A DNA stretch of 64,000 nucleotides from Squalus acanthias (Eukaryota). The notes under the pieces were generated by a model. It did no database searches and was not told the origin of the DNA. It saw only the letters and a program-made list of their open reading frames with translations. The stretch is from NCBI GenBank assembly GCA_030390025.1, contig CM059438.1:69318001-69382000 (forward strand), given 5' to 3'. The position numbers and the translations under genes were made by a program. Below, one piece after another: positions 49,411 through 61,719 of the stretch (positions within the stretch are counted from its first letter, which is position 1; every line of letters begins with the position of its first letter).

Positions 49411-50089
49411 TTGGACTATAACCTGGTGTTGTGCGACTTCTCAAACCTTGGTTAGACCACACTTAAAGTATTGCATACAGTTCTGGTCGCCATATTATAA
49501 AAAGGATATAGAGGCACTGGAGAGGGTGCAGAGAAGATTTACAAGGATGATACCAGAAATGCAAGGGTATACATATCAGGAAAGGATAAGTAATAATAAT
49601 TGCCAAACAACCTCTCTGGCCCTGTAAATTTAATTTTACAAGTGTGGAATCTCATTCCTTCAGAATTTAATTAGTGTTGGAGACTTTAAAAAAATGATTT
49701 TTTTTTTTTGATTTTTTTTTCTCTTTTATCTCTCTCTCTTAATCCTATCTTTCTTCCCTTCTCTTTATTTCACTTTCTGTACATGATTTAAATCTAGTTT
49801 ATATTTAATGGTTTATATTTGCTGTTTTTGACTCTGCATGCCTCAGTGAGGATTCTTCAATCCAATTGGTTGAAGAGCCACGTTGTTACTTGACCTGCTC
49901 ACACATATGCACAGATCCTCTGGAGAGGGCACCACACTGGATCAGATGCCTGGTGACAGCATGTCTCCACTCAAAGGCCTTCAAAATCTCTATGGGCAGC
50001 TGTGAGTGTAGTGAATGGTGAACACCGTTCCTTCGCTGCTGAGCGCAAAATCTGGGCCATTGACTCCTTATTTTAATACAATGTCAGTC

Positions 50090-50415
50090 ACCCTCTAGTA
50101 TCTTGATGAAGTGGCCATTATTAATGTGAGAAACTTGACAGCATGGGTTGGCATGTTATTTACCATGGGGGCATCACAGTTAAACTCCATCCTGGCCTCA
50201 CCAAATCCCCCCACATGCACTTTCCAGCTGGGTTTTCTGGTGATCATGAAGGGGATATTCCCTCCTTAAACCAGGGTCGCTTGGACCAATACATCACCAC
50301 AACAGCCAGCACAGGCGAGATCAGCTAATTCAGCACAGAGTGGGGATCCAAGCTGACACCTACCACCTGACTTATATGGTTCAGCTACTCACTGGATAAA
50401 CTCACTCAGCCAAGC
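50090..50415 (-). mobile_element. Probable old SINE
   Basis: tRNA-like head on the minus strand near 50340-50415; partial similarity to 60980-61090. Confidence 0.35.
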
Positions 50416-51787
50416 AATGCTTTAGAATGCGATGCTCAGAAAGGAATGCCACATGTTATATCCTGCAAAGCATTCCCATCGAAATGTGGTTAGCTAAGGA
50501 CAACCTAAGTGGTTTAATACCACAGGAGGAATGTTCCAACTCAACCGCTGCTTGTTCTTGGTTACATCCCATCCAAAAATAGGGGCCCACCCAGCTGAAA
50601 AATCTTTTGTCATGTTGCTAACATGTTGAAACTAACTTATGTTGTTGTATGCATTTTTCAAATGGGAGGAATGCTATTTAATGTTTGTGGTTACAATGGT
50701 GGTTTTAAATCTATCTAAAGATTGGTAAATGTACGTGATCTATTGACTCTGCAATTATCTGTAGTCCTTAGTCAGTGTTTGTTTCAACTTCAAAATGCAC
50801 TTTCAGTGTAGTGTCATTTTTTAGATGTCTCCGAATTAGACAAAGTATATGATGATACACGTGCTCTCGCAACACTAAATGCATTCATTATATCTTAGCA
50901 TTTAGGTGCCATTCCCATGATAACCACAAGACAGGCATTTCAGTATTTTGCATTTATTACAATTCTTGCACTGACTATAAAAAGATAATATAAAATAAAC
51001 ACATATTTGTGTATTTTGTCTCCCCACCGCCCCCCCCCACCCGCCTCGCCCCCCACACCCCTGACTGTTTTTCTCATTTTTGCTGTCTTCTGAAGATGTT
51101 GCTGGATGACAGCCGTGACTGCTGGTGAATCTGATCTGAACTTTTCATGGTCATTTGTGAGCCTCTCCCATTTGTTAAGGGTGAGGAGGCATTCCAGATC
51201 CAAAAGGTTCTCGTGGACTGGAAGGGAAAATCCCATTTCAGGTAACTGGTCCTTACCTGTAATCTTCCCCCAGCTAACGTCATTATAGAAAACCACCAAC
51301 ATTTTAAAATAAAACTGATTTTTTTTTGAGCCTCCACCAGCTATTTTATTGTGTCCCTTCCACCCAAACCCTCCCTTACCCTGAACACGTACATATTCAC
51401 TCACTCACTCCGAATATTGACTTGTTTTGTGTCCTGGGGAATAAACCAAAATGTCTGCCTCTGCAGCTTTTGAGACCTGTAATTTTATTCCAAAAGCATG
51501 GAAATGGGAGGTGTGATGTTGCTAAGTGAGTGACAATCAAATAGGACATCTTGATAAAGTGACTGGAGTTTCACCTTTACTGGAACAGTGACACATTGGC
51601 ATGACAGAGTGCATGTCCGACAGTACTTCCATTGAGCTGCTATGAGGGCCCATCTACCCTTTTTGTTCAATGACTGGTAGATTATTGCAGTGTTTGTTCC
51701 TATATCCTATGTTTAATCATATTTTGCTAGTCACTGAGTATAGTGGCAGACCCATCCTTGTTTAGTCCCATATACCATAAGAATAAT

Positions 51788-51903
51788 GGAGTAGAAATTC
51801 ATCTTGGGCGGTATCGCACTGGCCTCCCTCAATGGAACTGAATATAATGCGGGACATATAAGAAACAGCCAGTGCGATACCGCCCAAGATAAATTTCTAC
51901 TCC
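51788..51903. mobile_element. 116-bp MITE
   Basis: 36-bp TIR with one mismatch; TSD aat. Confidence 0.88.
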
Positions 51904-52427
51904 AATGTCCCTTCGTGTCACTGCAGCTTTATTCCTGGCTCAACTGCAGGCACAATGCCCACCTACTGCTGCAGATTGCATTACTTTTGCGCATGTATCA
52001 ATGTGTGATAAAATGAATTTTTTCTCTGTATTAAATTATTGACTTGGATCTATTGCGATAGCAGAATGTGAGGGGTTAAAAACCTACAATCGCAGCGGGT
52101 CAAGATCAGATAGAGCTCGATATTTATGGCAAAATGGAGGGAATTTGCATTACAGTCTGGGATGCAAAAGGGGTCATTTTAGATGCATTGTTCCTAAGAA
52201 GCACTTCTTGACCTTCTTTCACTGTAGTGGGAAGAAGTTCCTGCTACCCTCTCCCTCACTGAGCAGTTTTTACTGCTGTCTACAGCAGCTACCCTCTCAG
52301 AACTTGAGGGACACAAAACTTCAGCTGTAATGTTTGAAGGAACCATTGTGCTATCTGAAATAACTGTGAGGTCAGGAGTATGGATGAGCTGCTTGTTTTT
52401 GTGGTTGAAATATCATGCCTGCTAAAA

Positions 52428-52535
52428 AGAAAGAAAGACCTGCATTTATATAGCGCCTTTCACGACCACTGGACGTCTCAAAGCGCTTTACAGCCAATGA
52501 AGTACTTTTGGAGTGTAGTCACTGTTGTAATGTTG
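52428..52535 (-). mobile_element. Deu-SINE/L2-type 3' tail
   Basis: Reverse complement of the tail at 57730-57838; (aaag)n end. Confidence 0.75.
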
Positions 52536-53429
52536 TAATGCAAGAAATAAAATATTACGATGTTGGAAACTGCTTCAGTAGTTTCTTTAAGTGACTATTC
52601 GCTAAATATGGAGTTGTTGTACGCAAATAGTAAAGGTGAACACGGATTTTATGAGGTCCCCTATGAGGATATTTATAGCTTTGCAAATGAGACTATGGGT
52701 TTTGTACAATTGGCTCAAACCATGTGTTGTCTTCGATAAGTATCTAATAGGACATGTTGGTGAAGAATGAACACAGTGGTCACAATAATCTGCCCTTTTT
52801 CATTTCATATTAGAGTGAATGCACCAATCCTGTGCTCCCAATGGCAAGCCATACTCGAAGCGAATCAGCGTTTGGAGATAGGGCTACAATAGTGTTCTGA
52901 CCTGTGCTCCTTTCCTTTTGAGCATGACTGCCTGGTGAGAGTGCGGGCCCCGTGAATTTACCCTATTATTCATTAACTTTTTGTTGAGAACACAATCCTA
53001 ATCTTGGTCAAGACGACTTAGTAATGCCCTGAAGTACTATTCCATGAAGTGATGTATTGTGCCTGCACTCTCCTACAAGCAAATCTTCTAATTTCCAACA
53101 CACCACTCTTGGCAGTTGGACGCTAGACACTTTCCCACAGAAAAGGGATGGGGGAATCTACAGAAATTATAGATCTATTAAAACTTTGGATGGAGGAAGC
53201 TATTGACAGCCGTGAACGGTTAAGCAATTTAACAAAGGCAACAGGTGAAGGAGATATGGATTGCACAAGGTCTCCAGACTTTTGAGTACCACATCATAAA
53301 TTATGCTTCGTGATAATGCACATTATAGTTTCATATAATAGTATGTTCAGTTGATTTACAAAGCAATGTATTGTTGAAAAATTGGTTTATGGTCTTCCAT
53401 TTCTCACCTGAGTTCAATACTGGAATTCT

Positions 53430-53765
53430 GAACGGAGTGCTGCATTGTTGCAGGAGTCATCCTTCAAGTGAGCCATTAAACTGTGACCCATTTACTGTTC
53501 TGGTTGTTCAGTTCCCGTAGCACTATTAAAAAAGAACAGACAATTCTCCCAATATCCTAGCCAACATTCTTCCCTTAAGCCATATCACCAAAAACAGATT
53601 TACTGCTCATTCATCTGCTTGCTGTTTGTGGGATCTTGCTATGCTCAAAGTGGAAACCATGTTTGCCTGCATGACAACAGTCATTGCAGTTCAAAGTATG
53701 CATGTAAAGCACTTGAGACATTTCTGAGAGACATGATAAGATGCTAATAAAATGTAAGTCTTCCT
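53430..53765 (+). mobile_element. Deu-domain SINE, diverged
   Basis: Colinear with 39760-40100. Confidence 0.7.
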
Positions 53766-54310
53766 CTGAAATAAAATTTGAAAGAGACAAAAACGTTAAA
53801 GGAGAAGGACAAATGCCATATTACCTTGTGGTAGTTTAGAAGCTGTTTCTTTCAAAACCATCTGCTGCCCCATCCAGCCTAGCATCCAGTGAAACAAGCT
53901 GAGCAGCTCGCTCCTTCGTCAGCACGATTGAATCTTGGGAATTCAGACCACATCTTGTGACCTTGAATGAATGCTCAGTTTGCATTATCTGATCTCCGTA
54001 CACAATCCACTGTCCCAGCTCCACTTAACTTCAGAGGTACCACAAAAAGTTGCTGCTGTTTTTTTGCTTGAGGTGAGTTTTTCTTGGAGCCAAACATACT
54101 CCTTCATTTCACAGGCTGAGCTTCCAACAATTTCCGCCTCCTTGTCACTGAGGTGTTCTTTCATGAGCCTGTCTTTTCTTCCTTCCCCTGACTTGCCATT
54201 TCCCTTTGATCTGGTTATATATTTGTGTTAAACAGATCCATAAAATTACTATCATTTTTGGTTTTAAACTGCGCTTTGCACCTCATTTGCACACAAAATT
54301 ACAACCTTGC

Positions 54311-54330
54311 ATATATATATATATATATAT
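54311..54330. repeat. (AT)10 microsatellite
   Basis: atatatatatatatatatat. Confidence 0.95.
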
Positions 54331-54767
54331 TTTCAATAAGCACGGAAAAAATAATGTCATACACAAACCAGCAACTTACAAAGAAAAGGAAAAAAATCCT
54401 TTGGTCTACTTTTATTTGCAAAAAATTTTTTTTTCTCAATTGCTCAGCTGGAATTTTGCACTGCAGCTTATTCACATGTCTTGTAGAATATGTAATTTAA
54501 ATAAAAGTCAGTCATTATAGCGAGAGACAACTTCAGCCCAGGTATGACAGTTTGAATCAGCGATACACTTGGGTCCTGCATGTTTCAAAGACCTCAGAAT
54601 TTTTAGAAACAGGAGAAGGCCATTAGGCATAATCAACATATTCTACTTGCCTTCTCACCATACTCTTCAATTCCTTGTCTCTCCAAAAACTCATTCAATT
54701 GTCTGCTTTTATTTCAGATTTTCAGCATCCGCGGTATTTTGCTTTTGTCATCCAATTGTCTCTTGAT

Positions 54768-57402
54768 TAGGCTGACCATATGTCCCCGTTTTCCGGGGAC
54801 AGTCCCGAGATTTGTTATGTGTCCCCGGGCAAACAATGTCCCTGGAAGAGTCCCCGGTTCAGAAAACTCATCCCCATATCGAGTCTTTGTTTTTTTAAAC
54901 TCGAATGTACAGAAACCCCGGGGAGAGATGCTCGGCCCATTCCAGCCCGGTTTGAGCTCAGGAACAGATTCCAGGAGCCGATGGAACGGAAGCGACGATG
55001 GCGGCCCCGCCTTCCCATAATGCAGCGCGGCGGAGAAATGGCCCCATCGATAGCTCGGGCCGCACTGCATCCTGGGGGATTGAGTCACCCGACCCCGTGT
55101 TTCGGCTAATAGTGACTGGCCGGAGGGCGAAACTCTTAAAATGTTCGGCAGATGTAATGGCCGCGAATTTCCCTACCTCGGTGTTTCCGTGGCGGGCGAG
55201 GTCCGTGGTGGGTCACAGCCCCACTGGTGGCTCCATCCCGGCCTCCGACATGACTTTCCCCAGATTGGGCTTGTTAAGCCCACCCAGCGCTTTTTCCAGT
55301 CCAATTGAAGGAAGCAGGTCTGATGACATCATTTGACGACACGTCATCAGCCAGTTTCTTTAAAGGGACCATGCGCAAATTGATTTTGACAGTTCTGCTG
55401 TCCGTGTTCTACAGCATTGAGGTGCTGCAAACACTGACAAGCACTGCACAAAGGTGCACGGCTGCACCCAGGCTCTCCCATGACTCCCTCCATATGCTTA
55501 TGGAGGGAGTCACAGCACACAGGGAGGTTCTCTTCCCTTCCAATGGGCGGAAGAGACCTCCCCAGGAGACTAACGCAGCCTGGTTGCACATTGCACAGGA
55601 GGGCACAAGCAGGGGTATCATCAGGAGGACCAGGCTGCAGTGGCGCAAACCTTTCAATGATCTCAATAGATCACAAAATGTTACTGCAAAGCCACACTCA
55701 ACTTCACCCGGCTATGCCACTCATCACATCCTCATCACTCTGCCTTCCCTACCCTACTCCTGCACATCCTTAATCACACCAACTTACCTTGCATCTCCAA
55801 ACATCCCTCTCTATCTACATTATCACTTCCTCATCTCACTAGCCACCCCTCACACTCACCCTCATCCTAATCCAATCATGCAAACTAACAACACACAAGG
55901 GTAGGCACTTATGTGTTTTAGCCAATGTTCATGTGAAGTTACTGTTAATGTGCTGTCAAACATTGAAATCTTTATTATCAACACTTTTGAGTTCTTGGAC
56001 AGATTTATGTGCACCTTTGGAAGTGGCTTAGTGAATTGCAGTGAATGGTGAGACATAACAGCAACCCCCGCAATGGTGATGAGTGTGAAAGGAATGACTT
56101 TGGTATTGTAGGGATGCTTTATGTTGTTGGTGTGGGGTGGTGCCAACCTGGTGCATCATGTGGCAGCCAGGGTGTACAGCCTCAAGTGAAGTTAATTTAG
56201 CCATGGTGAGGCCATCCCTGGCGTCCAAGGCAGCAATGTAGTCGGGCGCAGATGCCCTCTGTCCTGTGCAGCATCAGGTGATTGCGAGAAGGTTGGTGTG
56301 GTTGTTGGTGCTGCTGGTGTGCCTGGTGTCGCTGGTGTTGGGGTTGATCGTGGTCAGATTCTGAGGACCAAGGTGAGAGAGTATAAACCATACCCATGCT
56401 GATGGAATAGATGACAGGTGAACGTGAGATGGCAGAAGCAATCTGTCAATGGTGAGAGAGATTGCTTCAATGAGGTGACACTGGATAGCGAGTTTGCTCC
56501 AAACACTTGCAACCTGCCTAAAGCTCAATCTGTCTTCCAAATGCAGTAAGCAACAGCTTCTGAGCTTGGAAAGTAAACCGCTGTGAGATGGGAGCTTTTA
56601 TAGCACATTTCAAGCTGTCAAGTAATGAAATGATTCCATGGCCTTTCAACTCCCGCCCAGCTTAACAGACGTGATCCCCAAGCAACGTGGACCCCGTTGG
56701 CGAGCTGGTAAATTCTAAAGGTGAGCTCAAAATTGTTGTTAATCCTCTGTTAACAAGGTGATAATGACCTGAATTGCCTCCCCCGCTGCTTTCTGTCGGG
56801 TCTGCTCAGCGCTGACAGACCTGACATTTGGTAAAGGCGTGTGGCGGCGGCTTAACAGCGGGGTCCCGACCCACAGTCAAAAAAAAAAGCACTTTCCCAC
56901 CCGACCCGCCACTGATCGCGCCTGCTGACCCCTCGGAAAATTCCCCCCTATGTGTCCCCCAGCAAACAATGTCCCCGGAAGAATCCACGGTTCAAAAACT
57001 ATGCAGTGAGATCTGGTGGGTGAGTGGATCTACTTTACCTCAGATTAGTATGGTGCATCATGTTTATTTTTACTGAATAAGGCAAGCTCTAAATTCTCCC
57101 ACTGGGAAGAGGTTTCCGAAACCTTCCGACATGGAAAATCTCAGTCTGTTTGGAACAGATTTAAAATTGAGAAATAAAAGTTAGGGTATTCGGGACGAGT
57201 GTAGATGGTACGGCACTATTTCCAGAACACATGCAAGATTCGAGATTCAATGTAAAGTGAAAATGGTGTTGTCTCTACGTGTATTCCACTAGCAGAAGCA
57301 ACAAAGTCGTCATGACGGTTTTCTTGAAACGTGTCCTGGCTACTTTGCTGTGTTCCTACCCTGTGTGTCCCCAGATTCGGTTTAGAAAATATGGTCACCC
57401 GA
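54768..57402. mobile_element. Non-autonomous hAT element carrying a nested Harbinger
   Basis: Perfect 8-bp TSD ctcttgat (54760-54767, 57403-57410); TIR taggctgaccatat / atatggtcacccga; subterminal tgtcccc motifs. Confidence 0.9.
55159..56948. mobile_element. Internally deleted Harbinger (Myb exon 1 on +, transposase termini on -)
   Basis: AAPRLSHDSL..EVLFPSNGRKRPPQETNAAWLHIA; ends ggccgcgaattt / aaaattcccccc. Confidence 0.82.
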
Positions 57403-57524
57403 CTCTTGATCCCATTTATGCTTTCCACTCCCATGCCCGTCTCTGGTAATATATTGAATAATTTGATGATCTTTTAGTTGAAAAAGTTTTGCCTGATTTC
57501 CCTTCTTATTCCTAACTTACTCCA

Positions 57525-57838
57525 TTGTACTGTCTTTTGGATGAAACATCAAACCAAGGCCCCGTCTGCCCTCTCATGTGGACATAAAAGATCCCAAGGT
57601 ACTATTCGGAGACGAGCAGGGGAGTTCTCCCAGTGTCCTCGCCAGCATTCATCCCTCAACCAACATCACTAAAACAAATCATCGGGTCATTTATCTCATT
57701 GCTTTGAGCAAATTGGCTGCTGCATTTCCTACATTATAACAGTGACTACAATTCAAAAGTACTTCATTGGCTGTGAAGTGCTTTGGAATGTCCTGAGGTC
57801 ATGAAAGTTGCTATATAAATGCAGTTATTTCTTTCTTT
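57525..57838 (+). mobile_element. Deu-domain SINE
   Basis: Colinear with 39760-40100; ends tttctttcttt. Confidence 0.8.
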
Positions 57839-58443
57839 ATTTTCCTTAATTTCCTAATTTTTAACATACAAGCTTTGTGTTTAAACTTTTCACCATAGTG
57901 AACCACTCATAGATTAATTTTGTTGATTCGTGAAAACTTGAATTTGATCATCTCACAGTCTCCACTTTTCAAAAAAAAACATGCTCAATATCCTTAACCT
58001 CCTAATATCAATTTCTAGTGCCCTGATTTAAACTTTGTTGCTCAACTCTGCACCCTCCCAAAGGCAATAATATCCTTCACATGAATAGTCGTTTAAACTT
58101 CAGATGGTATATACAAACAGAGTATGTACAAAAGTAATGTAGCCTCTTTTGATGTGCAGTCTGTTCCTCTCTTAATGTAACCCAATATTATTTTTACTGC
58201 AATTAAGCACTGTGTTCACTCAGACTGAACTCAACAATACACAACCTGGGTGTCCTGTTCAATCCTAATCTGAAATTTAAACCCCGTAGTAGTCCATCAC
58301 CAATACCACCTATTTCTACCTCTGAAACATCACTTGACTCAGTTTCATCCTCAACACAACCAACCCCTAAACCCTCATTACATAGAATTTAGAGTACAGA
58401 AACAGGGCACTCGGCCCGATAGGTCCATGCCAGTATTTATGCT

Positions 58444-58669
58444 ATGATGCGGAGATGCCGGTGTTGGACTGGGGTGGACAAAAGTGAGAAGTCGCACAAC
58501 ACCAGGTTATAGTCCAACAGTTTTATTTGAGATCACAAGCTTTCGGAGCTGCTGCCCCTTCGTCAGGTGAAGTGAAGGAATACGAATCGGCAAAGCATAT
58601 ATAGACAGAGAACAATGCCTGTGTAGCGTACAATGTCAGACGGCTACAGTTAATTCTTTCTGACTGCCT
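58444..58669 (-). mobile_element. Short non-inverted Penelope 3' fragment with tail
   Basis: Matches pLTR plus tail of the other copies; TSD tttatgct. Confidence 0.88.
58533..58570 (-). ncRNA. Minimal hammerhead ribozyme motif
   Basis: UCAC-CUGACGA-a-GGGGC..GCUCC-GAAA-GCU-U-GUGA. Confidence 0.8.
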
Positions 58670-58770
58670 TTTATGCTCTACACGAGCCTCATTCACACCT
58701 TTGTTACCTCCAGGCTCAGTGTTCCTAATGATTTCCCGAGTACACCAACCACAAACTCCAACTCATCCAG

Positions 58771-60007
58771 TGTGAAGGAATTCTACTATATAACCTTTTT
58801 AGATAAATACACTATAGCCTTTTTAGAAAAATACACTATATAACTTTTTTTTTTAAAACATGACAAGCTGGATTTGGAAATCCTACCTTCTGAAAGAATT
58901 CTGGCCTCGTTGAGATAAGACAGTGGTTAACCCCGAAGAGTACCTTATAAGGAACTCTACCTTATAAATTCTTTAAAACATGACAAACTGGGTTTGGAAA
59001 TTTATAAACCTAACTATGAAGTAACTATGAAATAGCTATGAAAGAATTCTGGCTATTGAAATAGGACAAGTTGTTGACCCTGAATAAGTAACCTTATTGA
59101 AACAGAAGAATGGGTGGCCCCGAATGGGTAACCTTATTAAAACAAGACAATGGTCAACCCTGGATGAATGATCTTGATTAAAACCTCTTGAGAATGACAT
59201 GAGGTAAGGTACATCTGCCTTTTGCACATATATGGTAAACTCCCAATAGCTATTGATGATGTGGCAGTAAGAATTTCAGTAGGTCAGCTAAAAGATGATT
59301 AGTGATAATTAACTTGGATCAATAGAAACCTTATGAAAAACAACTGAAAAAGGGGTATAAATATTGGAGTCTCGAATGAGATAGGCAGACTCGCTTTAAT
59401 CGGGCAAAGCGATTCTCGACTACAGAGGCGGCTCTGTGGTCTTCCACTCTTTGAACCTCGGGGATCGAATGTAATTTGATATTGATGGATATCCTGTATA
59501 GAAAAGTTTAAGAACTGTAATACTGTAGCGAAGTTAAGATTTAAAAGTAAGATTCTCTGTTAAAAATAAGATCGTATTTTTTTCTCTTTTAGATCTGTTA
59601 ACATTGCGATTGACTGATTCACCAACTGTAAATTGCATGTCGTTTTTTTAAATAAATCTCTATATATTTTTAGAATTGTCTCACATAAGTCTTCTGTATC
59701 AATAACTTGCGAACCCAATCTCTGTATACTCTTTGGTGAAGAGTTACATATTTCTGAAGGAGATCTCCGGACCCTTATAATATCCGGGATGTTACTGTCT
59801 GGCTAAACTTATTATAAGTGCTATCTGGAGAACGGTAACATTCTTGGGTTGCTCCTTTCCTTTAGGGAGAGATAGACTGGACCTTTAGACCCAGTTAAGC
59901 ATCTTTAGGATTCGGCTACCTCAACCTTTAGTTGAAAGTGAGCATCTGAGAAATACGCCTGATCCGGGATAGTCCCAAAGGGGCTAGGACAGGTAAATAT
60001 CCTTTCA
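58771..60007 (+). mobile_element. Solo LTR, 1237 bp
   Basis: TG...CA ends, perfect 4-bp TSD ccag, tandem repeats in the U3-like part, TATA ~59355, AATAAA 59651. Confidence 0.88.
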
Positions 60008-61387
60008 CCAGAACTCTGCCATTTACATCCTCTTTGGTACTAAGTCCCACTCACCCATCATCCCAGTGCTTGCCAGCGTCCACTTGGTTTCAATCCCCTA
60101 GCAGGTTGATTTGAAAATCTTCGTCCTCATTTACACATCCCTTTCTAGCTTTGTGTTCCTGCTCCACCTCTAAAACCACCTTCCTCCCTACGTCCAGCTC
60201 AGACGCACGACAACTCGGAGTCTGGACAACAATGCAGCACTCCCCCTCCCCCCAACTCCACTCCACCCTCAGTGGTCCAGTCTCCAGCCATCGTGGCCCT
60301 GTACCCTGGAATTCTCTTCCTAAATCCGACTCCCTTGCTACATCATACCACGCCTTCAACAGCCTCCATGAAACCTACCTCTTCGATCTTGCTTTTGGTC
60401 ACCCACCCTAGCCTTCTCTCAATTCCAACTCAACGTCTATTACCCTACCCTTTTGTGAATCATCTTGTGACACTTTTCTACATTAATTCATCATATAAGT
60501 ACAAATTTGTCTACTTCTTCTGACTACTGACAACTGCCAAAGTGTTGGGATGGGGCTATTCAGTTCAGTAGTTTAAACTGGCCAGGTGCTAGTTGATCTG
60601 CTTTGAAAATGGTGATTGAGTCTGAACGTTCAACTGTACATTGTCGGTTGCCCAATGTGCTCATCAGGCAGGTTTGCAATGGACTATCAATCATGATATG
60701 GCAGTGCTTGAATGATTGAAAAGACAGCAGAACAGGTTTGCAACCAACACAAATGTTTAGAATAATATCTCACGACAACTTCTTTGCAAGTGCATTCCTG
60801 AATCTCACTGAAGCAACAAAGGAAAACGCTGTGCAGCAAGTAGTAAGGGAATACAGAAGAGCATGTGTTTCTCCTGGAAGACATCTTCCTCCTACAATCT
60901 ACCACCTTTTAGATCCCAAGGTCGGTATCTCAATCCTGGGAGCGGGTTGGGTATTCAAGCCTTGGCATTAGGTGTCAGTAAGGCGATTAGAAAATAGGAG
61001 GATGTCTCAACCAAGCCCGACCCTGTCCTTGCCCAATGTCCACTCACATACACTTCCAGTAGGGTTCACGAGATAGTAATTGGGATTAGGAACCTGTTTG
61101 TGCTCTTGCAAACCAGTTTTTTTTTTAACAAAAGGTATGTGGATTATCTGAGCAAAAATATACATGTTACTAAAGCTGTCAGGAAGGGATTCAATCTGAA
61201 TTTGTCCCACAGAATTGCTCAGAACAATCCATTTGTAATTTAGTTTATCTGGGAATTGGAGTGTCAATGATTGGAAGAAAAAAAAATAGATTCTGGATTG
61301 TAAGTCTTATAAGACTCATATCCTGCTGACTCACCAAATTGAGAGGTCGCACAACACCAGGTTATAGTCCAACAGTTTTATTTGAAA

Positions 61388-61429
61388 TCACAAGCTTTCG
61401 GAGCTATCGATTGCCCCTTCCTCAGGTGA
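61388..61429 (-). ncRNA. Minimal hammerhead ribozyme motif in the Penelope 3' pLTR
   Basis: UCAC-CUGAGGA-a-GGGGC..GCUCC-GAAA-GCU-U-GUGA. Confidence 0.82.
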
Positions 61430-61719
61430 AGTAAATAGATACAGAATCGCCAAAGCATATATAGATAGAGAACAAAGCATGTGTACCTTACAATTGCAGA
61501 CAACTAAATTAAATCATCCTGACTATCTGCCGAGGTGTGATAAAGTTAATCAGGTCAGCCAGGAAGGTACCACATCAAAGACATAGCAAGATACAACTGA
61601 GACAATGAGGTGTAGTCGCAGGGGTTCTAACGTGTCAAAAGCTGCCGTCTGTATGTAAAACGAAAAGCTTTAAAATGTTTTCTTTTTTACTGGGAAAATT
61701 TTTACTTTTTTACTGGGAA

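Larger units (their letters stand above)
48329..49440. mobile_element. Penelope-derived near-perfect palindromic mini-element, one arm interrupted by a MITE
   Basis: TSD tcaaaccttggtta at 48315-48328 and 49441-49454; symmetry centre aggtacaagtactttgtacct. Confidence 0.9.
44178..49590 (+). mobile_element. CR1 LINE, right arm (parts 44178-44385, 47365-48328, 49441-49590) with nested insertions
   Basis: EVEEEICRQI..MGDFNYP, VGNSDHN, IPWMNK, AEILNNYFASVF. Confidence 0.88.
58215..60520 (+). mobile_element. Old L2 3' region split by a CR1 tail, a Penelope fragment and a solo LTR
   Basis: aaactccaactcatccag|aactctgcc (KLQLIQNSA) rejoined across the LTR; WNSLP...LHETYLFDLAF. Confidence 0.72.

Noticed and set aside
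53820..54080. First exon or promoter (opposed donor-like sites at ~53824 minus and ~54073 plus)
   Set aside because: Only short splice-like motifs with no CpG island or coding support
58785..59180. CRISPR-like or satellite array
   Set aside because: Irregular degenerate repeats inside an LTR, no spacer periodicity, eukaryotic context
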